This document shows positions 1-12,700 of a stretch of 64,000 bases of DNA, one piece after another (the first letter of the stretch is position 1; every line of letters begins with the position of its first letter). The notes below the pieces were generated by a model that was not told the DNA's origin, did not search any database, and was given only the letters and a program-made list of their open reading frames with translations. The translations under genes and the position numbers were made by a program. This stretch comes from Guillardia theta CCMP2712 (lineage: Eukaryota; Protista; Cryptophyta), in contig NW_005434667.1 in assembly GCF_000315625.1 (NCBI RefSeq), positions 248,707-312,706 of the forward strand. Direction: 5' to 3'.

Positions 1-764
1 ACTGCCGCGTTATGATCAGCAGCTATTCCTTCTAGGACACAAACTCCTTTCACATTGCCTTGCTTACATTGCCATGCCTCAGGTCGCCACTGTCTAGACA
101 CCCAGAGGATCATCACCTGCTTGGCTCCTCTTCCTCTCTCCTGCAACATCATCGCCATCGTCTCACTCTGCTGTCGTCTCACACGCACGTCCTCGCCGCC
201 TTCCCCTCACTCCCCTCCCCCCCCTCCCTTGGCCCCGCTCTTTTCGCGCCATTTCCGCCCGGGCCCGCCGGCCCGGGCCCGGGCCTCTCCCACCGCGGCA
301 CTGGCATTCAGCTGTTCGGACTTATTTGACTATAAGACCTTTCATTTGACTACAAACCAACCTGGCCATTCGAGTCAAACGTTGTCAATAGGCTTTCACT
401 TTCAGGGCGATTCTTCTTTATTTGAAATGTCTCGATCTAATTTGATATTTTAGTCTTAGACGGGCGCAGCCTTTTCCAAATTTATATTCCATTTATTGTT
501 TTCCCCAAGGAACCAAGCTGCTGATCGTCGCTCCAACCTCTTTCAGTCTTCTTGGTCCTCGTCTTCTTCTTCTCTTCATCCTTACTCTCTCTTCCTGTCT
601 CTCACAGGCTCTCACTCTTTCCCGCTCCAGCTATACCTGGGACGCGATCTCTCTAATTTTTTCCGATCTCGAACACTCTTATGTCCTTGCTGCGTCAACT
701 GGTATTTTCAGCTTTCAACATTTTCGTTCTATAGACTCAGATTCTTGAAATCCAATTTTCTTTC

Positions 765-3700
765 ATGTCCAAGATGTTGAGGTTATCCCAATCCATCTTA
801 CCCCTACTTGTTATCCTCAAGCTTGATTATGTTGGATCGACGTCGTACTGGACCTCCAAGGACGTTTCTTCTGGTCCTGCCGAAGGAGGAGACTTAATAA
901 GAGTACAGGGATCAGGGTTTGCTCTCATCCCTGAGCGAGAGATTTATTGTCGCTTCACTATCTCAAATGTACAGGAGCAGTCGCTTGCAGATTTCGTTGA
1001 CAACTCAACTGTTGTTTGTAAAACACCTCTTTGGCAGCATGCTGCCGCAAATGCCTCTTTCTCCCTCTTTTCTCAATCAAATTATCCTATTCTTTACACG
1101 GGCATTGGTCATGATTGGTTTTTGTACTTTGCAAATCTTCAAGGTTTGTCTCAGGTCAGTTCGGGTCCAGCAAGTGGCGGTTACAACCTTACGGTTTATG
1201 GATTCGGCCTCGATGTGAATGATGCTGGGAATTATCATTGCTTGTTTGAAGCTGGTGGAAGTCAAATGTCCACTTCTGTCGTAATTTCAAACAGCTCAAC
1301 GGCGTTCTGCGTAGCGCCAGCATGGGGTTTGGATCACTATGGTACAAAAGCCGTCGGAGAATCGCCCATGAACTTAGTTTCAGCGGTGAACGTTTCTGTG
1401 ATACATCTTAACACAAGTCTGCCGTGCGGGAGATCTCCTTGTCACTTATCATTCTCCTTCTACTCTCTATGGAAAGGATTAACGATCCCTGGCATCAACA
1501 CAGCGTTGGTAGCTTCACTTGTTGGTGGCCAAGAAATCATAGTTGAGGGTTGGGGGTTCTCAAAGACTGCGAGGTACAGGTGTGAGTTCGTTGATGGGTC
1601 AGAAAGGCAATGCTCGGCTGCGGTGTTCGCTACCTCCCCGAAGGACGTAAGGTGTCTAACACCCTCCTGGACGCATGGAGACTTCTCTGCACATGTTTTC
1701 CTTAGGACTGTGAATGAGTCATATCCAGATGATTGTCAGCCGGGGAATATTTCTTTCCTGCTGTCAGTGTAAAACTGCAGATCATAGCGGGTGTCACGAA
1801 CATCAGTGCAATTTCATCGCCTGCTTCGGGGGGAAAAGAAATCTTGATTCGGGGTGTAGGTTTCAATGCAAACTCGACGTACACCTGTAATTTTGAAGAC
1901 TTCATCGTGAATGCAAGCTTTGTCGATGAAATGCTGCTGCGTTGCATATCTCCACCCTGGTACAGAGAGTCGCGCTCCCTCACTCTCAATGTCTTCACAG
2001 AGAGCGGCAACGCCTTGCTGGGCTGTAGCAACTGCTTGTTCACTTTCTACGAGACAGTAGCAGATGTTATCAGTATGAGTAACCGCTCAGAGGGGCCTGC
2101 AACTGGAGGTGGAAACCTGACTGTAAACGGTTATGGGTTCCACTTGCACGATCGCCAGTATACTTGTGTCTTTTCTTCGGATCTGTGGGAGGATTCTTTG
2201 AATTCACAAGCAAATGTCATCTCTCACATGCAATTGTCATGTTCGTTGCCCTCCTTGTATGGAAAGTATTCTGCTGGAATTGTGCGAATCTCTCTTCAAA
2301 GTAGCAATGGAACTGTTGCCTTTCAACCTGGCATTCATGTCCCATCAGAATATATCTCTTTATGTATCGTGGATTCCTGTACCTTTCGTTATTTAGCTTT
2401 GTGGCATTCTCTGGAACCAAGGCAGCTCTGCGCAACCGGAAATGAACTGATTTCCATTCACGGGTTGGGTTTCGTCTCAAATAATATAACTTACATGATT
2501 CAATCACAAAACGCTTCACAATTAACATCGGAAAACTGTAATGTTGTAAATGCTACTCTACTTCTCTGTAAAATTCCTGCACTTGCTAGTACATACAGCA
2601 ACTTATCGTTGCAGGTATTTCAAGGCTCAGAAAGTCTTGATGGCTCATTTTTGGACAAAATTGATGTGATTCCTTGCTGGTATTCTTTTAATGTTTCACA
2701 TGGACCATCTATAGGAGGGGTTTCAATTGAAATTCTTGGGGCAGGCTTCATGGACCTTTATGATCTTTCTGGAAAGATGTTTTCTACCACAACGGAGGTC
2801 AATATGACAATATATGTTCTAAATCCCTTTCGATTGTTCTTCATCACTCCAAGTTGGCCTGGCGTTGAAGAAAATGCTGTAGTGAACATTAGGAATTCAC
2901 TGTTGGACGAGATTCAATATGATGGCCCTCTCGGACAAGACGTTTTTCAATTTCAACGCTGTTGGTTGACAGTCCAACCAAGTTCTGTTCCGGCTTCAGG
3001 TGGCACCACAATTACTCTCGCAACATTTGCTATGAATCCTTTTGTTAATCTGTCTTGTTCCTTTGCTGTGAACTCAACTCGAATGTATTCTGTGGCACGC
3101 CGAATTTCCTCTGATTCAGTCGAGTGTGAGGTCCCTGAATGGGGAGCAAAATACACAGCTTCTGAGGTGGTGCTGACCTTGTTAGATTCATCGAATACGA
3201 CTATTCTGTTTTCTGAGGTCCTGGACTCGTCTTCGTCGAAAGCGTTGAACATTTATCAGATTTTCAATGGATCTCAGACAGCCCCAAAATCTTTTCACGT
3301 GACAGGTGAGGAGACCATTCGAGTGTATGGTTATGGGTTCGGAAAGGGAGATCGGTATATTTGTAGGTTCATATTGCAGTCAATGTTTGAGGTCTGGTCG
3401 GAAGAAAGCCTTGCACTTAGCACGACCGAGCTTGTTTTCAAGACAAAGTTTTGGAATCATTCTGCAGTCACGAATGCGTTGATTCAGGTCTTTTGTCAAT
3501 CATGCGGCAGCAGTGCACCTCAACCGATAGCTGATTCTAACCAACAAGTTATCGCGTTTCATGAAATCGTGACCAGCATCTCGCCTACCAAAGGTTCAGC
3601 TCGGGGAAGTGAGGTGATAACTGTCCACGGCAGCGGATTTTCAATGGAGTTTTCGTATGTTTGCAAGTTCGGATCACTTTCGGTGAAGGCGACTGTCATG

Positions 3701-6700
3701 AGCTTAAATGAGCTGATATGCTTGAGTCCAACACTGCGTTATGAGGAGGAGGGAATCTTTCCATTCATAGTCCAACGGAACGATTCTTTGAAGATAGACC
3801 GATTCGTCTTTGTAAATTTCACTGACGGCAACATGCATTATGAGGTCGGACCTGATTTGACTTTCAAGTATTTCAGCGAATGGCTGACCTTCAACCCTTC
3901 CTTTGCCGACAGACTCGGTTACATCCCTGTCCCAGAATGTCCCAAAGTGTACTTGCACGGCTTTGGATTCCAACAAGGAATGAAGTATCAGTGCATCATA
4001 TCGATGGGAACTCGGATTGCGACTGCTAGGGCGAACTTTGTGAACACGACGATAATCGAGATGATCCCGCCGGAGTGGGACCTGGTGACTGATTCGCATC
4101 GATATGTAACCAACAAAACAAATTTGACCTTGAGGAAGGCTTCCATCTCTTCAGAAGCCGCGTTTTGGTCGGATGTGTATGGTGGGAACGGCTCAACGTT
4201 GCCAAACCGCACGGCTCTGTGGATTGTGCAAATAAACAAACGGCCAGCTTACGATCTTGTGCAACGGAACTTGACGACTATAGTTGCAATAGAGAGCCAG
4301 GACATGATTAGGATCGAGTTTGCAACCAACTTGAGGAGCGGGGTCGACGGCAATCAGGAGCAGGTTCAGACTGAGAGAGACCAGAAGGTCACTTTCGAGG
4401 TCGCTAAAGGCTATTCTCGAATGTTTGAAGTTACTCCAAAGATAGACACCAACGGAATCCTGTCGTTCAAGGTCTGGCCTTATTCCTTTGGTAATACACG
4501 GATCTGTGTCGTTCTGCGGGACGATGGAGGCAAGCTTTTCGGAGGGATCGACGCTACAGAACCGAGGTGTTTTGATCTTATCGTAAACCCCAAATACCTG
4601 GGAGATTTCTTTTCCTTCGCCCAGCCTTCGTTGGAGATCTTGGAAAACTCTGGGATACAAGTGTTGGATCGATTCTTGATCAAGAGTCCCATGGGCCTCT
4701 ACAAAGATATTCTTCTCAACTTCTCTGCTGCAGGAGACAGTGACTTCTTCGAGACTGGACCTTTCGTCTCTGAGTTTGGAAGGTTGACGTTCAAGTGCTA
4801 TCCTTATGTCTACGGCACCACCACCATCTCTGTGTACCTCTCTTACTACAACTCTTCGGACGCACAAACGTACACGCACCACCAGGATCTGGTGTTGAAT
4901 GTGACTGCGGTCAACAACCAGCCGTCATTCACACTGAACGAGTCCAGGGCTCATATAGAAATTATCGAGAACGAATGCATTGCTGAACAATGCAGTTTTT
5001 CCGATCTAATCGTGTCGAAGTATTCGGGTCTGCATGATCTTAAAACAACCAGCCAAATGTTTGACTGGGACGAAAGCGATCAGAAAATGACGTTCCAGTT
5101 CGATCATGTGTTGGACACTGTCTTCGAGAGTATTCCTGTGATGAGCATCGATGGAAAACTTTCTTTCAAGCTCCTTCCAAACGTTTTTGGCAACTTTACG
5201 TTGTCGTTGACCCTCAAAGATGATGGTGGTACGGATCATGGAGGCGTTGACACCTCGGACCCTCAACAGATCACGATCTCCATCAAACCAAGGAACAATC
5301 AGCCGACTTTCAAGTTAAATTGCCCGGTCGAACAATGGACTCTGAATTGCTCAAAGGATTGCTCGAGCAACATATCACGTGGATGCTCTTCAAGAATCAA
5401 AATATCAGAGAATTGCATTGATTGCGAGCCAGGTCATCGCATAGTAGACGGATGCTCCAGGCATTATTTCATCCAAAGCTTTGCAGTAGATGTGTTTGCC
5501 TCAGCACAAAACCTGAAGAACGAGAAGGACCAACTTCTGTCCTTCCTCTTCGATCCCTTCACACCCAGACCTGGAACACCATCGTCCATGCTGACCTGAA
5601 CTCCAGTGGGTACCTCTCATTATGCCTCAATTACCGAAAGCATGGTACCGTGACATTCCAAGTGTCCCTTCAAGACAACGGGGGAACCGCAAATGGCGGG
5701 GTAGACACGATCGGCCCCATCTTCCTGACTATCCGTGTAGAGCCTGTCAACCAGCCCCCCAGCTTCAAGGTGGCTGCCCTGGCTGACTTCGGGGCCAACG
5801 TCCTACACCTGTGGACATCGAGCGGGCAGTCGACGGTAGAGGGCTTTCTCGTAGATATCCTCAACGGACATGCCGACTCGAGCGGCAGTGACCTGGAGGC
5901 CGTACAGTCTCACACATTCTACATAGAGACAGACCTGGCCTACTTCGTTCAAGGGCCGAAGATAGACGCCAACGGGACGCTGACGTTAGAGGTGAAGGCG
6001 GGGATGAGCGGGGAGGTCAACATGAGCATCACGATGGCGGACGACGGGCGGACGGACGACGGGACGGTGAACCCCGAGGACCCGGGGTGGAGGGGCCTCA
6101 ACGTGACACAGATCTGCAAGGTGGTGATATCAGACGGGTACCTGAAGCTGTCAGGGGCGGAGATGCCGGGGATGTACAACTGGAGCGAGCGGATGGGAGA
6201 CGCGATGAACCTGTCTCGCTTCCTGGGAGTAGGCCGGGAGTACGTGAGGGACGGGGGGAGTGAGTACGAGGTGACCGTAGGTAGCGTGACGGGGCTGGTA
6301 GAGGCGTACAGGCGGGCGTATGACGCGATCGAGGGGAGGAGGTACGTGCTGCCGTCAGGGCGGGGCATCGAGAACGTGACGCTGCGGCGACGCAACTACG
6401 GGCAGTCAGCGTCGCTGAAGGTGGCGGAGGCGGGGATCACGGTGGTAGGGCTGGAGTACGACGCGAGGCATCCGCTGGTGAGGGAGGGGTTCTTCTACGA
6501 CATTATGGAGCCGGAGAACACGACGATGGACCTGGACGGGAACTCGGTGATCTCGTTGAGGGTAGAGGCGGTAAGGTACAAGCGATATCCAGAGGAGACG
6601 AGCTGGAGGGAGAATGAGGGAGACGGGGGGCTATTTGTGGAGGACAAGAACGTGAGTCGAGTAAGCACGAACTGCCATCCAATCTGTCGGAACGCGACGC

Positions 6701-9700
6701 TACGGCTGGTCCAGAATCCCCTGGGTTTGAATGGGGTGGTAGAGTTCGACATTCTGTTGGAAGATGCAAAGAACGGAAGTTTTACGGTGGAGGTGGTCTT
6801 AGTACTTAAAACTCCTGCTGTAGTGCAGATGGTAGAAGACGATGAAGAATTCTTTCTGCAGTCATTCATCAACATGAGCTTCATCGGCAATATGACAGAT
6901 TTGACAGACTTTGCCCCCTTGACATTCCAGACCAATTTTACAAATAGGAGTGCTCAATACGGTTCGAACAGTTTCAGGATCGAATATACGTTTCTCAATC
7001 TTTCCTCTTCGTACTCTGTCGTAATTTCGCCGCTGCCCAACCTCTTTGGACTTTTCTACATGCAGACCTGTGTGTCCCGCACAGAAGCTCCTCTTAAGTC
7101 CATCTGCTTTGAATGGGAGCTGAACGTGATCGGCGTGAACGATCCTCCAGAGTTCAACCTCACCAAACGCTTCATGTCCAACGAGGACGAGTTTTGTGTG
7201 AATCAGTATAATTCTTCAGGACTATTGGACATCCCAGTCTCTCCAGGAAATTCTTGGGAACAGAGCCAGCAGATGACGTTTGTCTTCTCATTTCTTTACG
7301 GCGATAGCAACATCTTCGAAGTTCCTCCTGCCATACGCATCGACATGGACAAGGCTGTCCTCACGTACAAGACCCGCTGCTCTGGGCGAGGGCTTGCGAT
7401 CTACTCGGTGATACTAGTTGACAACGGAGGTTGGAGCAATGGAGGGAAGAACTCTACCTTGCCTCGGAACATCTCCTTCTATGTCCAGCCCAGAAACCGT
7501 CCTCCGACCTTCATGTTCGGAGCGTCAGTGGTGACGCACGGACAAGTTAGTTTCTTGGACCTGCTGGAAGATGAGCCAAGGACTCAGCTCGTCAACTTCA
7601 CTCGCAACATCGCGAGGGGTCTGCCTGAAGACAAACTGGAGAAGACTCAGTCCGTGAGCTTTCAAGTGCTCTTCCTCAACGGCAGCGAATGGATCTTTGG
7701 GCAAAACAACTTCCCAGCCATCTCGAGCAACGGCTCCCTGTTCTTCAGGGTATCGAGCAATCGATACGGTTACGTCTACGTGAACGTGAGGATCCTCGAT
7801 GATGGCGGTGAAGCTCGCGGCGGCATCAACCGCTCAGACTGGAAACTCCTCAAGATCTCAGTACTGCCAGTGAACGATCGACCGACTTTCACGTTAGTCC
7901 TCAATCGCGTCCGGGTGAATGAGGCGGTAGACAGCAACACTTCTTCTGTTGTGCTCTCTTCCTTTGCCTTCGACATCAGCCCCGGGCCCTACGAGCGGGA
8001 CCAGCACGTCACTTTCCGTGTAGCAGCCGTCGCCTCTCGAGTCCCTTCCAGAGAGCCATATCCGTGGAGCTCAATGGTGGGAAATCTCTTCGGACAAGTG
8101 AAGCTAGCTGACGGCCAGCTGTTTGTGAGCGGAAGCAACATTTTGATCTCTAACTCGGGGACTCTTTCCTTGCAGCTCCTCCAGTATCGAAACGGGGAAG
8201 CGAATTTCTCGTGTTATCTCAGTGACGACGGAGGCGTTGTCAACAACGGGTTCAATCGAAGTCTGCCTCAGTCTCTTTCCCTCGTCGTTGATCCAGTCAA
8301 TCAGCCACCGTCGTTCACCTTGACCTCACATGTGCTCGAGCTGCAGGAAGGCTCTCAAGAGTTCTACAGAAACTTCGCAAAGAATATCAGCGCTGGGATG
8401 TGGGACGAGAACATTCAGAGCTTGACGTTTGTCATCAATACAATCTTCGGCCCTCGACAACTCTTCCAATCCTTCACGATCGACTGCCAGGACTCTGCGA
8501 CTTGTCCCAGCTCGACCGCCAATCTGAGCATACTGGTCCTCCCCTATCACTTCGGGAACGTCACTCTCAACGTCTCACTCCAAGATCCGTTCAATGCAAT
8601 CCAGAGCGCCACGTTGGTTGTCAATGTCCTGCCGGTGAACCAGCCTCCCTCCTTCCGAATCCGCACAAGCATGCTCATAGTGGATGAGGGAAGCTCTTGT
8701 ATCTCCGACTCCAGCGCCCTCTCAGACGAGTGGATCGACTTCATCATGCAGCCTTCTCAATCTGATTGCCGCACAGCACCAGATTTCCTCCACTTGCACT
8801 CTGGGCTGATATTCTACGACATGGGACCCTTAGAGGGAGGTTATGAATTCGTCTGCCCGCCAGAAACAGCTTGCGAGGAACAGATCCCTGTGTTCAACGT
8901 CACCTGCATGGATGTCTCCCCTCCTCTCTTCTCTGAGCAGCCTTCCGTCGACTCCAACGGCACCCTCAGGTTCTCTCTGGTCCCGATCGCCAGCGGCAAC
9001 GTATCCTGCATGATTCAGATGCGGGACTCCAACATCCTGATCGGACAGCCTATCTTCGCTGAGGCCCAGGAGCTGCAGATCTTTGTGACTCCGGTTAACA
9101 ACAGGCCCCACTTTGAGCTGATAGTGCACAACGTCACGGTGTTGGAAGACTCTCCGAAGTTTGACTTGAGAGTTGCCGACAACATTTTTGCTGATGGACA
9201 AAGCGGGCTGACTGAGACCAATCAGAAGATCTCGTTCATCGTTTCCGTCGTTTCTCACCCCGAAATCTTCTCTCCCAACGGCCTGCCGAGTGTGGATGCG
9301 GGAGGAAATCTGACGTTTGGCTTGGCGGCCAATCAGTTCGGGACGAGCAACCTTAGCATCACAGTGGTTGATGACGGCGGTGGGCACAACGGCTTGCAAG
9401 GCAACACAAAGTACCTTGAAGTCAACGTTTTGCCTGTTAACAACCCTCCAACTTTTCAAGTAGTGGAGAACGTCTCTGTGGATGAGAACTCAGGCTTTCA
9501 GCTGTTTTCAGTAGTTTCCAGCATCACTCCTGGACCTGCCAACGAACATTGCCTCCACCCTTCGACCTGGTGTCAGAATCAGAGTTTGACCTTCTTTGTC
9601 AGAGACGTTATGGGCATCTCAAACCTCTTTTTGGATCCTCCTACCATCGATCTCCAAGGCAGGCTGTCGCTGAACCTCACCACGTTCGAAAGTGGACCCG

Positions 9701-12700
9701 CCAAGATTCTCTTCAATGCTGTAGATGACGGTGGTACGGTCCCAGGGGCAGGGGAGAATCGTTCAAACACCGGCATCATCGATGTCTCGGTGCTGCCCAT
9801 CAATCAGCCTCCTGCGTTCAGCTGCGGGCTGATAGGGAGCCAAGGGGAAGGGTCCAACAATTCTCAGGCAGTGATCTACTCTAGGAAGAACCAGGGAGTG
9901 GTCCTCCTCTCAAGCTTCATCCAGGATATCACCACAGCCCGCGGCTTCCCTGGCAGGGCTGCGGTGGAGCATGCCAGGGGTTCTAGCCAGCTCAGTTTCG
10001 TAGGCCCGAATTTCACGTCATGGTTCTCAGTGAGGGGGCTGGAGTACTCGTCAGACTTTGTGATCAGCCCGGATAAGAGGCACTTGTACTCTATCGAGAC
10101 TGAGAGAGACTCGCTCATCATCCTCAACATCTCTCAGCCCCATGGCCAGACGTTCCTCGATCGCCTCTCTAACAACCAGAACCGCCTCCGCTTCACCAGG
10201 TTGTCCTCCAACACGTCGAATCCTGTGAACATCCAGGGCAACGTCGCCGTCTGCGGCATCAACGGTTTCTCCAACTCGTCCGAGACATTCTTCGTGTCGA
10301 GCACCGGCTGCGATCCTTACTTTGACGTGTACCGCGATATCATGCAGCCAGCCTCCTCCTCTTGCAGTCCTGCCTGCCAGGACGAGACATCCAGGACAAC
10401 CGTCGGGCTGTGGAACCTCAACTACGAGGCGATGAAGGGGAGGATGAACTCCAACTCTTTGGGAGCTGGGCTCAAGCTGGACTGCTCCGATCCCCTCTAT
10501 TGTCAGTTCGAGAGGCCCGTGAACTCCGAGCTCTGCAACGAGAAGTACAAGAGTCATATCCAACCCGCCGGCATCCGCGACCAGACGAGCTTCCTGGGGG
10601 CTGCGGTGCTCCTCGGACCGCTCTGCAAGGAGGGCTTCTCCGGTGACTGGGACCGAGCAGACTTCGCACTGTCGCTCAAGAACTTTCTGGTCAACGACGG
10701 GAGGGAGGAGGGTCTACAGTTTGATGGAAAGCTGAACCCTGGGCTGGTGGTCTCGAAAGACATCGACCAGCTCGTGGACGGAGTCCCGTCGAGCTCGAAA
10801 CTTCCGCTAGAGGAGATAAGCATGGAGGTCTGGTTCATCCTAGCGCAGAAAGACATCAACCTTGGAGGCCTTATGAGTATCCAACAGCTCAGCCCCCTCT
10901 GCGCCAAGGGCTGGAGTTTGACCTACTCGACAAAGGTGACAGGAGGCCAGTCGGAGACCCAGCTAGTCTTCTCCATCTCGCTGGAGGCGAACCTGGGCTC
11001 GGGTCAAGGAGGCATGATCAGCGTTGACTATGCTGTTCAGGGGGAAGGTGTGTTCGTGGATTGGACGCAGGTCGTGGCATCATACAACAGGTCTCACATC
11101 CTGCTGCACGTCAACGGGCAGCTGGCTGCCTTGAAGGCAGCATGCAACCAGGAAGACTGCGGCAACATCGTCTACCCAGCGTCGTACAGCACCGGGGGGA
11201 GGTGCAAGGCAGGGGCCACCATGTTCTCGATAGGAGCGTATCACAACGGCCGGACAGAAGAGACCTTCACCCATGTGGGAGCGATCAAGCGCGTCCGTGT
11301 CACCAATCACTCGCTGTCGACCAGCACAATCTCCCAGCTCTATCAGGATGCCTCTACCCCTGCGAGCCTGCGGCGGACAGCCATGTACAGCTCTGACTAC
11401 TGGGTGCAGCTCAAGAATTCGTCGGGGATTTACTCGCCAACTTCGACATCCGCCATGGTCGACGAGCATCTGTCGCTGCAACTCTTCGGTCGCTTCGACT
11501 CTACGGGCATCTACCGCCTCGAGTTCGAGGCCACGGCTGCCAACATGAGCTCCGACAACTGCTCGCTGGGAGGCTCGGAGGCTGACGGCTTCTACCAGAC
11601 CCTCATCTGCTTCACTCCCTACTGGACCCTCGGGTACCGCTGGACCAACGTGTCGGTGAGCAAGAAGGTAGGGGGGGGGTGGTACCGACTGTGGCAGAAA
11701 GTCTGCATCTCGAGCTTGTGCGGGTACTTGCCCATCACTGCAAGGCCAACAAGTTGGTGGACAGACTCGCAGCGTCTGTTGCTCCCCGGGATGACCGGAG
11801 CCATGACTGACTTTCTCTTCTACACTCGATCCCTAGTGTTTCTCCTCGAGAGCAGCAGTAAGAACCTTGTTTCCGCTCAATTCTGCGCATCTCCGATCGT
11901 CAACGCCAGCGCAGGAGCATGCGACGGTCTGGATCAGCTTCCGACTGACAGAGTGAAAGGGTCAGCTTCCTCCATCACCTTCTCTCGCAATGGCAATGCG
12001 TTCCTGGCCGTCGCCAACTTCTGGGATGGTCGGGAATTCCGAGTGACAAGCCCCATCTTTCAGCTGGACGTGGCCAGCAGGCAGCTGCTCCCTCTGCAGG
12101 ACGTCCAGACGGATGGCGCCAGGCAGTGGCTGCACTTGGAGCTGAATGGAACGGATTTCTTGATGGTGGCCAACTTCAACAGCGAGTCAGCGGTTTATCC
12201 ATTCCAGGCCGATAGCGATCTCCTCGACGAGGCTTCCATGGTCTCCATCCCCACGAAGCATGCTGCTGCCATGACTCAGTTCGAGAGATCGGGACGTTTG
12301 TTCGTCGCCTTTGCGTCCTTCACCTTCGATGAGATGACTTCGTCGGACGTCTACATGCTCTCGTCTCCTGTTGGAACCTCAGACGTCTTCTTCACGCTGA
12401 TCAGCCAAGTCAACATCACAAGAGCAGTGGACGTGAAGTACTTCCAAGACAACAACGAATTATACCTTATCTATGCGTCATTGGATGCTGGTGCTTCTGC
12501 TGTCTATCGGTTGGACTTCTCCTCTCCTACTGACTTACAACTCGTTAAGGTTCAAGCTTTGCTGACTGCAGGTGTCACATCCATAACAACATTCTACGAC
12601 CCCAACGTCTACTGCACCCTGGCCAAGACCGATGGAGTCTTGAGTGTGCTTCGATGGAACGGGACCAGGTTCCTCGGGGTGGTGAATGAGAATACTCTCC

